This document shows positions 27,401-38,560 of a DNA stretch of 46,977 nt, one piece after another. Source of the stretch: Nemertoderma westbladi (lineage: Eukaryota; Animalia; Xenacoelomorpha); assembly GCA_032718475.1 (NCBI GenBank), contig JAUCBJ010004606.1, positions 1 to 46,977 of the forward strand. Reading direction: 5' to 3'. Both the position numbers and the translations under genes were made by a program. Position 1 is the stretch's first letter. Each line of letters opens with the position of its first letter. A model generated the notes under the pieces. That model made no database searches. It was not told the DNA's origin and was given only the letters and a program-made list of their open reading frames with translations.

Positions 27401-27565
27401 GATTTCACTATGCCTGTGCCAAAATATTCCAAATTTGTTGATTTCTGGATGTCAGACAGTTTAATTTACAATAATTGTGGCAAAACATTTAAAATTTGAT
27501 GATTTATAGTCTATGAGATAGATTTCCATCTGCCTAAAAGACTCCAAATTTAATAATTTCTGGAT
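12436..27565. repeat. ~15-kb satellite array, 61/62-bp monomer (TGCCTGTGCCAAA(A)CATTC(A/C)AAATTTGTTGATTTCTGGACTGTAGGACAGTTGATTTCACTA), roughly 245 copies, intronic
   Basis: Continuous tandem units with degenerate ends. Alternating 61+62 dimers (123 bp = 41 codons) explain the many minus-strand ORFs. Confidence 0.98.
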
Positions 27566-27599
27566 CTTGTCGATAATCGATTTCCATATGACTGTAGCA

Positions 27600-28640
27600 A
27601 TAAAACACTCATTTTATATCACTCATTCCAGCGGGACTCCGCAAGGAAATATTCTAGCAACATTGTTATTCTTAGTAGAATCGAATGACCTACCGAACAT
27701 TTGCTCACAAACAGACCCTTATCTACTCGCTGACGATTGCAAACTTGTTTCCATATATCCGACAACCAATTCCTCACAAATACAAGACGATTTAAATAAA
27801 TTATCAGTCTGGGGTCAAAGTAACGGTCCTGAATTTAATATCAGGAAATGTAAACAACTTATCTTTCAAGGGCAGTCCAACGTAAAATTTATTAATAGCC
27901 ATCCGATAGAATGAACCATCTCAGAAAAAGATCTGGGAGTCACCTTCTCATCGAATATTACCTGGACCGCTCACGTTACTGAAAAATGCAGTAAATGAAA
28001 CATGGCCTTCCAACTAATAAAACGTAACTGTGCATCAAATCTTACCGATCTATCGAAATTAAATATGTACAAATCTATTATTCTACCGATAATAACCTAT
28101 GCATCACCATGTTGGTCTCCAAATAAACAAACATGACCTATCACGTTTAGAGAGTCTACAACGACGTGCCACTATCTGGATACTACGAGATAATGAATCG
28201 ACCTACACAGATCCGCTCAAATCACTTAACATACTCCCCCTTTCTCTCTACCTACAACTCCTAGATTTGATGACGCTGTCGAAGATTATCGCTGGAAAAT
28301 GCGATATCAACTGGGAAGAACATCTCTAACTAAGCAGACCATCAAACCAAAATACTCGTTCAAATGATCGGATTTTATTTAATGGGGCGCAGCCGAAAAA
28401 ATGCAAGTCAGAATAAAACTTTTGGTTCCGAGTACCTTACATTGCAAATGTATTACCAAAGCGAATCAATTTCACAAACCATGTAGGGCTTAAATCTCGT
28501 CTGATCGATTTATTTTGGAGGTACTTCATTAAACACTACTCAATTGATATTCCCTGTAACTGGGCGGTGTGCTGCAGCTGCGTCTTGATGAACTGTTCAA
28601 CTGTAGAAACAATAACTCTCGTCTCGATGATTTATACCCA
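27600..28640 (+). mobile_element. Decayed 3' fragment of a CR1/L2-like non-LTR retrotransposon reverse transcriptase
   Basis: Motifs SGTPQGNILATLLFL..NDLP, LADDCKL, IQDDLNKLSVWG, FNIRKCK, EKDLGVTFSSNITW and LESLQRRAT.WIL, with stops and frameshifts. Confidence 0.85.
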
Positions 28641-29139
28641 TAGATAACGACTTATATTCTATAATGCTATTATTATTACTGAAGCTTTTAATACGTATTT
28701 ATTGCATCTCATTTTAAATTTAATACGCATATATTTTATCTCATTTTTACTACATCAAGTCCGACCCTTTTATTAATACGTATATATATATTTCATCTTA
28801 TTTTAATACACATATTTCTATCTAATTTCATATAACATCCTGTCTTCTGACCCTTTTAACTTCTTCGTTTAATCTCATAATTAGCACGGCCTTTTTGAGA
28901 CCAAATTACATACAGTAATAATTTTAATTCGATGTATTTTAATGTACCTTTATTAATTATTAACTCATATTTTAAACTAAGTAATGTATGTAATCTATGT
29001 AATGTATCTTTTATGGGGGAAACCCCATCACCATATTATACTATATAGTTAAATTTTCTATGCTATCTTTGTTCAGTTCTAAGTTATAGTGTAAATTTAT
29101 ATTAATAATAATAATAATAATATAGGAAAAACAATTACC

Positions 29140-29555
29140 AATTGATGGAAAGGGGCAGATTAGAGAGGACGGCTATTCGAACCAAAACAACCAAGATCAC
29201 TTTTCCAATGGGGGAAAGGAGCAGGTTACAGAGGCGTCCTTTTCTAACCAAAACAATACACGGTCACATTACTAAATGAAGAAAAGGAGCGGCAACAGAA
29301 ACGGGCATTTCCAAATTTTACCAAAATTTACCAAATGAGGGAAAGGAGCAGGTTACATAGGCGGGATTTTCTAGCCAAAAGAATTAACGAATACTTTTAC
29401 CCATTAAGGCAAATGAGCAGGTTACAGAAAGGGGCTTTTCTAACCAAAACAATTAACGATTACTTTTACAAATTGAGGGAAAGGATCAGGTTACAGAGGC
29501 AGGGTTTTCTAGCCAAAATAATAAACGATCATTTACCAATTGAGTGAAAGGAGCA
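29140..29555. repeat. Diverged ~69-bp tandem repeat (GAAAGGAGCAGGTTACAGAGGC...TTTTCTAACCAAAACAAT), ~6 copies
   Basis: The core GAAAGGAGCAGGTTAC or a close variant recurs at ~29214, 29341, 29411 and 29480. The unit is the reverse complement of the 3' part of the 11250-11395 repeat. Confidence 0.75.
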
Positions 29556-30044
29556 CTTAACGGCTGCATGATTATATGTATATTTGTATCCTTGATTAGG
29601 ACAATCTCTTTCATCCGGTCTTTTTGGCTAAAAACGGCCTGATATTTTCGCTAACTGTGACTATCAAATGGGGAATAAGTAGTTTTTGAGCACATATGAG
29701 TTTGTGGACTGATCTGTTCTGTTGGAACTACTGGTGCGGCTCTTGGTATAGTTACACCGACAGTAGATCCATTATAAACTGATAAATGTGACATTTATAC
29801 CCAGTTTGGTCTATCAATTATTTGAAAAATATTAACTCTAACTATTTAAAAGGTAGGCTACAAGTATCGGTACTAAAGTTATGAAGTTAGTTAATTAATT
29901 ACCATCATTCTGTCATTTACTACGGTACATATCACAGAATCAGTAGCTAATGCATCCCCAGATTATTATTTCTAAGGCATAGTATTTATACCTACAATAC
30001 AGCAATAAAATACTGCTGTATATAATATACTGATACCGGTATTG

Positions 30045-30395
30045 GTTAAATATTTAGTTAAATATAAAAAATATTTAGTTAAATATTTAACTTATTTAAA
30101 TATTAAGTAAATATTATTTTAACTTATTTAAATATTAAGTTAAATATTTAACTTATTTAAATATTAAGTAAATATTATTTTAACTTATTTAAATATTAAG
30201 TTAAATATTTAACTTGTTTAAATATTAAGTTAAATATTATTTTAACTTATTTAAATATTAAGTTAAATATTTAACTTGTTTAAATATTAAGTTAAATATT
30301 ATTTTAACTTATTTAAATATTAAGTTAAATATTTAACTTAATTAAAAACAAAGTTAAATATTTAACTTATTTAATTCTTAAGTTAAATATGTAAA
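30045..30395. repeat. AT-rich quasi-palindromic tandem repeats (TTAACTTATTTAAATATTAAGTTAAATAT)
   Basis: Direct observation; almost no G or C. Confidence 0.85.
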
Positions 30396-30670
30396 TATTA
30401 AATTAAATATTCAAAATATTACATAAATTAAATATTTAAAATATTACATAAATTAAATATTTAAAATATTACATAAATTAAATATTTAAAATATTACATA
30501 AATTAAATATTTAAAATATTACATAAATTAAATATTTAAAATATTACATAAATTAAATATTTAAAATATTACATAAATTAAATATTTAAAATATTACATA
30601 AATTAAATATTTAAAATATTACATAAATTAAATATTTAAAATATTACATAAATTAAATATTTAAAATATT
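30396..30670. repeat. 25-bp minisatellite (AAATATTTAAAATATTACATAAATT), ~10 copies
   Basis: Period of 25 bp (ACATA at 30421, 30446, 30471...). Confidence 0.93.
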
Positions 30671-30699
30671 AAATTTAATTTCTATTTAACTGTTTCTAG

Positions 30700-30935
30700 A
30701 CTCCCCTCTACTGATGTCGTCCCGACACGCAATGATGTTTCTCCATGGCCGAGTGCGTCGCAACCAAGGAATCTCCACTGAGTGCTGCGACAAACAATGC
30801 GACGTGCTCGAGATGTGCCCTTACTGCTCCCCCAACCCGGAGGAATGTCCGCCAGTAGCGAACCCCGACACAACATGCGCCGACGCAGCCCGCATAATAC
30901 GGGCCAATCGCGATCAATATTACGACGATAAATAG
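30700..30935 (+). CDS. Insulin/IGF-like prepropeptide, last exon: end of C-peptide, A chain and C-terminal extension
   Basis: Acceptor TGTTTCTAG|AC joins in frame to the phase-1 donor at 11992 (G+AC=Asp). It encodes ...HGRVRR-NQGISTECCDKQCDVLEMCPYC-, an RxRR cleavage site plus the canonical A-chain CC-x3-C-x8-C, then SPNPEECPPVANPDTTCADAARIIRANRDQYYDDK*. Confidence 0.92.
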
Positions 30936-31629
30936 AAATATACATAGCGGTACTGGTAAAATCGATGTGTATAACCTGCGCCGATAACTTATACAACTGG
31001 CATAGCCTAATTAACTTAAAAAGTGCTAAAAATGTGGCAAATTCAACATCTAAAGGCAGAAATATGATTGATTCTTGGTTTGTATGGCGTATTATTTTGT
31101 GGTTTTATAGAAAAGAAATGCAATATTAGGAAGATTATAGATATTTCGAAATGATGTTTACCATTCTTTCTAAAAATTATTATTATTATTATTAAATCCG
31201 GACATCCGGTACGACTACAGAGGTACGATCAATTATAGCGCTGTACCATTAGGGTCAAATGTTACCCAAAATATTTTCGGAGTCATAATGTATGGAACTC
31301 TCGTTCAATGACTTGGTAAGTAAGAGTGATTGCTTCATCTTCTCATTAAAAAATTTATATTACTCCTTTATAGAATTTGAGATATTTGCGAACAAACTTT
31401 TCCCCCTGAGTTCTACCGCTTGGGTCACTTTTGACCCAGAATGGAAAACATAATATTATTATGAAGAAGGCTAATGCAGCCTAGCAAATTTCTACCAATC
31501 AGATCACTTCTTCACTTACTTTGCCTTACCTTACTTAGCTACAGATAGTTGAACGTCACACTATCCTAAAATAAACCAAACTGTTGAGGGTTAAGGTGGT
31601 ATATTTTCTTAGGCTATAAGTAAGCAGAT

Positions 31630-31770
31630 CAGGGGGACTTTTGACGCTATCAAAATTCATCCCTCTCCAGGGGAAATCGACGCAAATTACAGATTATTAC
31701 TATCAAAAACTGTATCATATTATATTGACTTTAGTTTATTGTTTTGGTTAGAATATTGTGCCATTGTAAC
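31630..31770 (+). repeat. Copy of the dispersed repeat also at 11250-11395 and 42487-42650
   Basis: Long identical block TATTGACTTTAGTTTATTGTTTTGGTTAGAATATTGTGCCA. Confidence 0.8.
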
Positions 31771-31999
31771 CCCCCCCCCCCTCCCCATGTCACCACCCCC
31801 CCCCCCCCTAAGTCACCACACCCCCCCCCCAAGTAAGACATAAGGTGAATCATTTGCGATACTTTCAGACTTTACAGAATTATGGTGGGGTCTGTTTACA
31901 TGAACGTTGCCTCAGATTGTCCTCCATTATCCACAGTGTAGGCGGTAGAGGAGTTCGTACAGAAACCCTTTCAAGTTGGTCTATATAAGTCATAGCCGT

Positions 32000-32760
32000 C
32001 CACTACTACTACAACTATCGGCATGCTGCATTATATATTGCATATATATTAAGATTGTTGTGACGGCTTGTCCACAAAATTGCGCCGCCACAACTCCATC
32101 ACCCATATCATGACATTTGCTAGATCATCCACATCTTCAAGGCCTCATTTAAGATGCGTCCCAAGAAAGTCATGGGCTGTCCACCATGCTTATTCACTCC
32201 TTGAGGCCACCAAAGCACAAGATTATGCACTGGCTGGTCCTCACGGCAATAGCAATGTCCTGCAAAGCGGAGGCGGTTCCGTTCAAATGTCAATTGAGAC
32301 TAATGAAACACCCCCTAGGTTGTGTAGATTCTGATTGGAGATGTGTTCATTATACTTGACACAATGAACCCGGCGCAGCATTCATGTGAATGTGCCATCC
32401 AGAGATTTGGTATCCTCCGCATTTAGAGCCCAGCATGGACTCCCATAAGAGTACTGGTACTACTACTGCCAAAAATAATCAACCTTGATGTTCCGTTTTA
32501 TTCTATGGGACAAGTCTTCCACGCTCCCGAACAAGGGTAACAACCTTGTTCTTATGCCTTTTGACCGTTGTCAGCTCCGCATTTAGAACATCCACATCCA
32601 AATGGTCTGTTCAGCGCTCATGTTTTCCAGGCCTTTACAGGGATTTCATCTAATCCACTTGCTTTATGATTGGTTTTGCTTTTAATACTCCCCCTGTGTT
32701 CGATTGGTCCAATTATAAACGCGTTCTTCAGGACTATCAGCTTTTAGGCGTCCCTAACCG
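32000..32760 (-). mobile_element. Internally deleted RTE-clade retroelement derivative
   Basis: The reverse complement matches the RTE at ~7326 (GCCT.AAAGC.GATAGTCCTGAAGAACG) and at ~7520 (AAAGC.AGTGGATTAGATGAAATCC). It then matches the RTE 3' end also seen at 34250-34510 and ends in a (TAG)n tail. Confidence 0.8.
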
Positions 32761-32979
32761 TAACACCCCGAATACCCTGTAAAACCAACAGAACATACAG
32801 AAACAGGCAAACTTATACGATGTGAGAATTTTATGTGATAATAGAATACGTTTTCTCTCACCATGTGGCGTGCCCCACATTGAATTAGGATAAGGTTTTA
32901 CTAGGAACTAAGAAGTTTGTGGGCGTTTATGTTTAGTTTAGATCATTATAGAGGTGAAGTTATTTATTAACCTACGGAG

Positions 32980-33263
32980 AAAGTAGTTTGATTGGTTATG
33001 GAGTGGATGAAACTGGTTACAACTTGATCAGCTGATCAGGATAAGAGCCATCTTAACAGCCAATCAGAACTCCTAAAGTAACTTAGTAAACATTACGTCA
33101 TCAGGAATGTCACAGCTGGATTAATAGCCACCAATCATCCTTACTGTTGTCAAGTAATGGTGACGTCTTGATTACGATGTGCCCACCCGGTCATAATAAT
33201 TACAGTATTTAAGTGTGAATACGTTGCTATTTATTTATTATTTTCCAGTTTGCCAAAACAAAG
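32980..33263 (+). promoter_or_regulatory. Putative promoter and non-coding first exon of the MetE-like gene
   Basis: CCAAT boxes at 32991 (ATTGG), 33060 and 33131; CRE-like TTACGTCA at 33093 and TGACGTC at 33161. Donor AAG|GTAAAA at 33264 and an acceptor AG at 33817-33818 just before the ATG. Confidence 0.45.
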
Positions 33264-33825
33264 GTAAAAGTATTATTCAGTATTGTTATTGCATATATTT
33301 TATTTGGTCTTTAGGTTTTGTTATTGTACCGTTGTTATTGTTATTATAAAGTTAGGAACAGTACATAATTACATTTTTTATATTCTAAGCTTCCAATATT
33401 AATACATTTAAATGGGCCTTCTATGTGTTCTAGCTAAACACTAACTATCAGAATAGGTCTACCGGTATCACTATACCGCTACGTGCAAATGCAAAGTGCA
33501 AATGTATAATGTAGTGCAAGTGCATTACCGGTATGTAGGCAGGTCCTGTAGGCCTACTCAATTTTATTTTCGAATGATAATAATGGTTAGGTAATATATT
33601 TTATGGCCAGTCATAATAATTTATAATTTTAATATTTGAATACATAGAGGATAGCGGAGTATTTTTCCCTGGACTGGAGTGTACAAATTTACAATTTACA
33701 GCGTTTATATTTTGAGTCTAAATTCCACCGCCCATATCTGTGTATAAGATTGTTGCTGTTTGGATTATTAAAACGATTACCATCACATATTGTTAAATCG
33801 TAAACCAACATTGAATAGACGTATC

Positions 33826-34023
33826 ATGGCTCTCATAACAACGACTGTGGTGGGAGCATATCCAAAGCCAGAGTATTTAAACATTCCTGATTGGTTCGGA
33901 GGGAATTGGGAGAAAGCTGCTCTCAGATATAATGAATACATGAAAACTATTGAGAACATTGGAAACGAGGATACTCTATCTGAAAATATCACTAAGGCTG
34001 TCTGGGAAGTTGTACAAGAGCAG
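33826..34023 (+). CDS. metE: Cobalamin-independent methionine synthase-like (MetE catalytic barrel only), coding exon 1
   Basis: MALITTTVVGAYPKPEYL..PDWF...VVQEQ (compare MetE TTxIGSFP); phase-0 donor CAG|GT at 34024. Confidence 0.88.
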
Positions 34024-34244
34024 GTTGGTTGATTGTTGTTAAATTAGTATCGGAAAGCACTGTAGGCAAACATCGGGGCGGGGGCCAGATGGAACCACGA
34101 AAGGGTTCTCAGAACAATTATTTATCTGTGATCTCTATCGTCGGAGATATTATTTACAACCGTGTCCGCGTGTATGGACTCAGCTGGTGTTCAGCTAGAC
34201 CTAGGATGGTGAATGGTTTACTTATTCCACTTTCTTTGGGGAGG

Positions 34245-34527
34245 TTCCAAACCTCGCATCCGCTTTGCAGGACATTGCTTTCGCCGTGAGGACCAGCCAG
34301 TGCATAATCTTGTACTTTGGCAGCCTCATGGAGTGAATAAGCATGGTGGACAGCCCATGACTTTCTTGAGGCGCATCTTAAAGGACACTGGCCTTGAAGA
34401 TGCGGATGATCTAGCAAATATCATGGGTGATAGAGAGTTGTGGCGGCGCAATTTTTTCGACAAGCCGGCACAACATTCTTAAAAATGCAGCTGCATTGCA
34501 GCATGCCCATACTACTACTACTACTAC
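34245..34527 (+). mobile_element. 3' fragment of an RTE-clade element in intron 1 of the MetE-like gene
   Basis: RIRFAGHCFRREDQPVHNLVLWQP.HG...GDRELWRR is an RTE C-terminus; it is followed by a (CTA)n run. Confidence 0.8.
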
Positions 34528-34894
34528 AGGTTAGACCCTGGACCGAGCCAACCTGTCCTGGATCGCGTTAGACACATTATAATCTCGGAATCCAGAAGCC
34601 TCATGCTATTTTTAAATATTTGTGTATTTTTTACTTTTACTATCGTGGGAAATGAGCAGGTTGCATGAGCATTGTTCCTAATCCAATAAACCTAATCTAA
34701 TAATACAATAAAGTAATTTGCCTTTCTATTGCGTTCACTTAGCCTATTAGCCCTTTGTGACCACTGACCACTCCCCCCATATTGTTTGTAGTAAATTATA
34801 CTATTTATTTTATTTATCTCGGTTACCCCCCCCCCCCCCCCCCCCTCCCCCACCCCATGGTCTAACTTATCTCAACTATCGTACTTATTCTTAG

Positions 34895-34965
34895 GTCGAC
34901 CTCGGACTTGATGTTGTCAGTGATGGGGAAGTTACGAGGGATAATTATGTGAATGAATATCTCAG
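34895..34965 (+). CDS. metE: MetE-like, coding exon 2
   Basis: TTAG|VDLGLDVVSDGEVTRDNYVNEYL(R)|GTACG matches the MetE motif GLDVxxxGExxRxxxV; phase 0 to phase 2. Confidence 0.88.
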
Positions 34966-35151
34966 GTACGTTGTTTAAAGTTTTTTAGACTGTTAGTAAA
35001 ACAATATAATATAATTTAGCGTTTATAGATGCTACATTGCGTTACATAACAATTTGCAGTATAACAAAGTGGATTACGGAACGGTATATACATTGTAATG
35101 ATCATCGTGGTTTTTTTGCACGAACTGCTTGCTTACCGCTATATTTTTTAG

Positions 35152-35372
35152 ATCGCTCCATGGAATAGATTTTAACGACTTGGCGACCCATCAGGTCCGC
35201 CCAACCAGTGAGTACCTGGTTCCAAACGTAACCGCGGCAGTTTCGCGACGCGATGAGCCCTCATTGCTCATCGAGAATTGGCGAAGGGCTCAAGCTCTAA
35301 CAAACCGAACTGTAAAAGTCACCCTGCCTGGACCGATGACAATGTCCTCAAATTTAAGATTGTCAGAGAAAT
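35152..35372 (+). CDS. metE: MetE-like, coding exon 3
   Basis: TTTTAG|A; SLHGIDF...WRRAQALTNRTVKVTLPGPMTM (compare MetE AQSLTxKPVKGMLTGPVT); phase-1 donor GTAAGT at 35373. Confidence 0.9.
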
Positions 35373-36007
35373 GTAAGTATATCCTATCCAAGCCTAGTTC
35401 ATAAAGTATGGTAAAGTAGTTAATCAAGTATTTGGTCTAGTTTTTAATCGAAATTTATATGCTACTTTTTTCAGGACTGGCGAATCGAAACTCGTTTTCC
35501 AACTTTTTATTTTATCAACTGTCAGAAATGGTCATTAATATTTTTCAGGAACCGAATGTATTACCACAGGGACGCCATTAGCCAACACCGCTAGTAATAA
35601 AACCCGATTTTACATAGGTTTCTAAATATACTAGCCTCTATATATACGATTAATACTACCGGTAGCCAAGAGTAAAGGACAACTGTTACCGAAGATATCG
35701 GGATGGTGTGATTTGGAGTTGTTTTCTCGGGGTCTCTCGATAATCAAGTATCACTTCACCCTGTTCAAAAGCTTCCTAAAATCCTACAGTAATAAATATT
35801 TGGTTTAAAGGTATGGATGGAGTTTTTCATTTATATAATATATTTTATTAATTACCATTTCTTATATTTAGCCATTTACCTGAGGTGTCACAGAGCCACG
35901 CATCTACCCCCCAAATCAGCGAGGGTTTTTTCACATTTATATATATATATATATAGTAGATTCACTCACAATTAATTATACGTGAAGTTCAATTATTTTT
36001 AATTGTG

Positions 36008-37890
36008 GTTGAATAACTTCTACATGTAGCGACTGTGTTGTACGTTTGGCTGAATAACTTGTATGTTTGGCAGAATTGACTGAAATAATTTGTATGTTTC
36101 ACTGAATAATTTGTATGTTTGGCTGAATAATTTGTATGTTTGGCTGAATAACTTGTATGTTTGGCTGAATAACTTGTATGTTTGGCTGAATAATTTGTAT
36201 GTTTCACTGAATAACTTGTATGTTTGGCTGAATAACTTGTATGTTTGGCTGATTAACTTGTATGTTTGGCTGAATAACTTGTATGTTTGGCTGAATAATT
36301 TGTATGTTTCACTGAATAACTTGTATGTTTGGCTGAATAACTTGTATGTTTGGCTGAATAACTTGTATGTTTGGCTGAATAACTTGTACGTTTGGCTGAA
36401 TAACTTGTATGTTAGGCAGCATTGACTGAAATAATTTGTATGTTTCACTGAATAATTTGTATGTTTGGCTGAATAATTTGTATGTTTGGCTGAATAACTT
36501 GTATGTTTGGCTGAATAACTTGTATGTTTGGCTGAATAACTTGTATGTTTGGCTGAATAATTTGTTTGTTTCACTGAATAATTTGTATGTTTGGCTGAAT
36601 AATTTGTATGTTTGGCTGAATAACTTGTATGTTTGGCTGAATAACTTGTATGTTTGGCTGAATAACTTGTATGTTTGGCTGAATAACTTGTATGTTTGGC
36701 TGAATAACTTGTATGTTTGGCTGAATAATTTGTATGTTTGGCTGAATAACTTGTATGTTTGGCTGAATAACTTGTATGTTTGCTGAATAACTTGTATGTT
36801 TGGCTGAATAACTTGTATGTTTGGCTGAATAATTTGTATGTTTGGCTGAATAATTTGTATGTTTCACTGAATAATTTGTATGTTTGGCTGAATAATTTGT
36901 ATGTTTGGCTGAATAACTTGTATGTTTGGCTGAATAATTTGTATGTTTGGCTGAATAACTTGTATGTTTGGCTGAATAACTTGTATGTTTGGTTGAATAA
37001 CTTGTATGTTTGGCTGAATAACTTGTATGTTTGGCTGAATAACTTGTATGTTTGGCTGAATAACTTGTATGTTTGGCTGAATAATTTGTATGTTTGGCTG
37101 AATAACTTGTATGTTTGGTTGAATAACTTGTATGTTTGGCTGAATAACTTGTATGTTTGGCTGAATAACTTGTATGTTTGGCTGAATAACTTGTATGTTT
37201 GGCTGAATAACTTGTATGTTTGGCTGAATAATTTGTATGTTTGGCTGAATAACTTGTATGTTTGGCTGAATAACTTGTATGTTTGGTTGAATAACTTGTA
37301 TGTTTCACTGAATAACTTGTATGTTTGGCTGAATAACTTGTATGTTTGGTTGAATAACTTGTATGTTTGGCTGAATAACTTGTATGTTTGGCTGAATAAC
37401 TTGTATGTTTGGCTGAATAATTTGTATGTTTGGCTGAATAACTTGTATGTTTGGTTGAATAACTTGTATGTTTCACTGAATAACTTGTATGTTTGGCTGA
37501 ATAACTTGTATGTTTGGTTGAATAACTTGTATGTTTGGCTGAATAACTTGTATGTTTGGATGAATAACTTGTATGTTTGGCTGAATAATTTGTATGTTTG
37601 GCTGAATAACTTGTATGTTTGGTTGAATAACTTGTATGTTTCACTGAATAACTTGTATGTTTGGCTGAATAACTTGTATGTTTGGCTGAATAACTTGTAT
37701 GTTTGGCTGAATAACTTGTATGTTTGGCTGAATAATTTGTATGTTTGACTGAATAACTTGTATGTTTGGCTGAATAACTTGTATGTATGGCTGAATAATT
37801 GTCTTTGATTGAATAACTTGTACGTGTGGATTAACATGAGTGGCTGAATAACTTGTACATGGGGGCTTCTCTACCTGTGGCTGAATATCA
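36008..37890. repeat. 21-bp minisatellite (TGTATGTTTGGCTGAATAACT), roughly 85 copies, in intron 3 of the MetE-like gene
   Basis: Direct tandem units with degenerate ends; source of the 7-aa-repeat ORFs. Confidence 0.97.
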
Positions 37891-37984
37891 TTCACAATGG
37901 TATGGGATGATTCCTTCTGTTTCTCCGATTTTGATATGCGATATTGGTCAACGAATGGCGACATCTTTTTATTTATTTCATTAG

Positions 37985-38104
37985 GCGAGGAGTATAAAAC
38001 CACCCGGGAGTTAGAGAACGATCTTGTTGAATGTATCAACGCCGACATAAAGGAACTAGAGGCTGCCGGTGTCAAAGACATACAATTAGACGAACCTGTA
38101 TTGA
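37985..38104 (+). CDS. metE: MetE-like, coding exon 4
   Basis: TTAG|GC; ...INADIKELEAAGVKDIQLDEPVL (compare MetE LEAAGIxxIQIDEP); phase-1 donor GTAAGT at 38105. Confidence 0.9.
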
Positions 38105-38560
38105 GTAAGTATAGTAGTTGGTTACCGCTTGATTAAGTTTAAGTGAATTAAATAAACAAATATTATGACTACAAATTATTTCTTTCCCAGATTACACAGT
38201 TTTCGCACCAAAGTATTTTTATAAATGTTTTTTTTTATATTCGATATTGTTAACAACATTGTCTATTGTTTTGGTTAGAAAGAGCCGACTCTATGGTAAT
38301 AGATATTATCTGCTTTATGTGTGTTTTAGTTGTGTGTGTTTTGGGGCTGATGTTTTAATTTTTGGGTTGAATTTATATTATAATATTAGTTCAGATGAAT
38401 TTTTTTTGGTCAACAAGTTAATTATTTGGTGCAAAAAGTATTTGTTTTGCTAATTTTTCATGTTTTTTGGGTAAACTTTAATTGTTAGCCAAATATTATT
38501 AAGGTGAACACCTACCATTTATTTCTTTCAATTTTTAAATTTATATTTATTGTATTGTAG

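Noticed and set aside
30682-30996. Minus-strand ORFs of 104 and 69 aa
   Set aside because: Antisense shadows of the GC-richer insulin A-chain exon.
36020-37837. 605-aa, 357-aa and 322-aa repeat ORFs
   Set aside because: The 21-bp unit is a multiple of 3 and open in several frames on both strands, and the array lies in an intron with consistent flanking splice phases.
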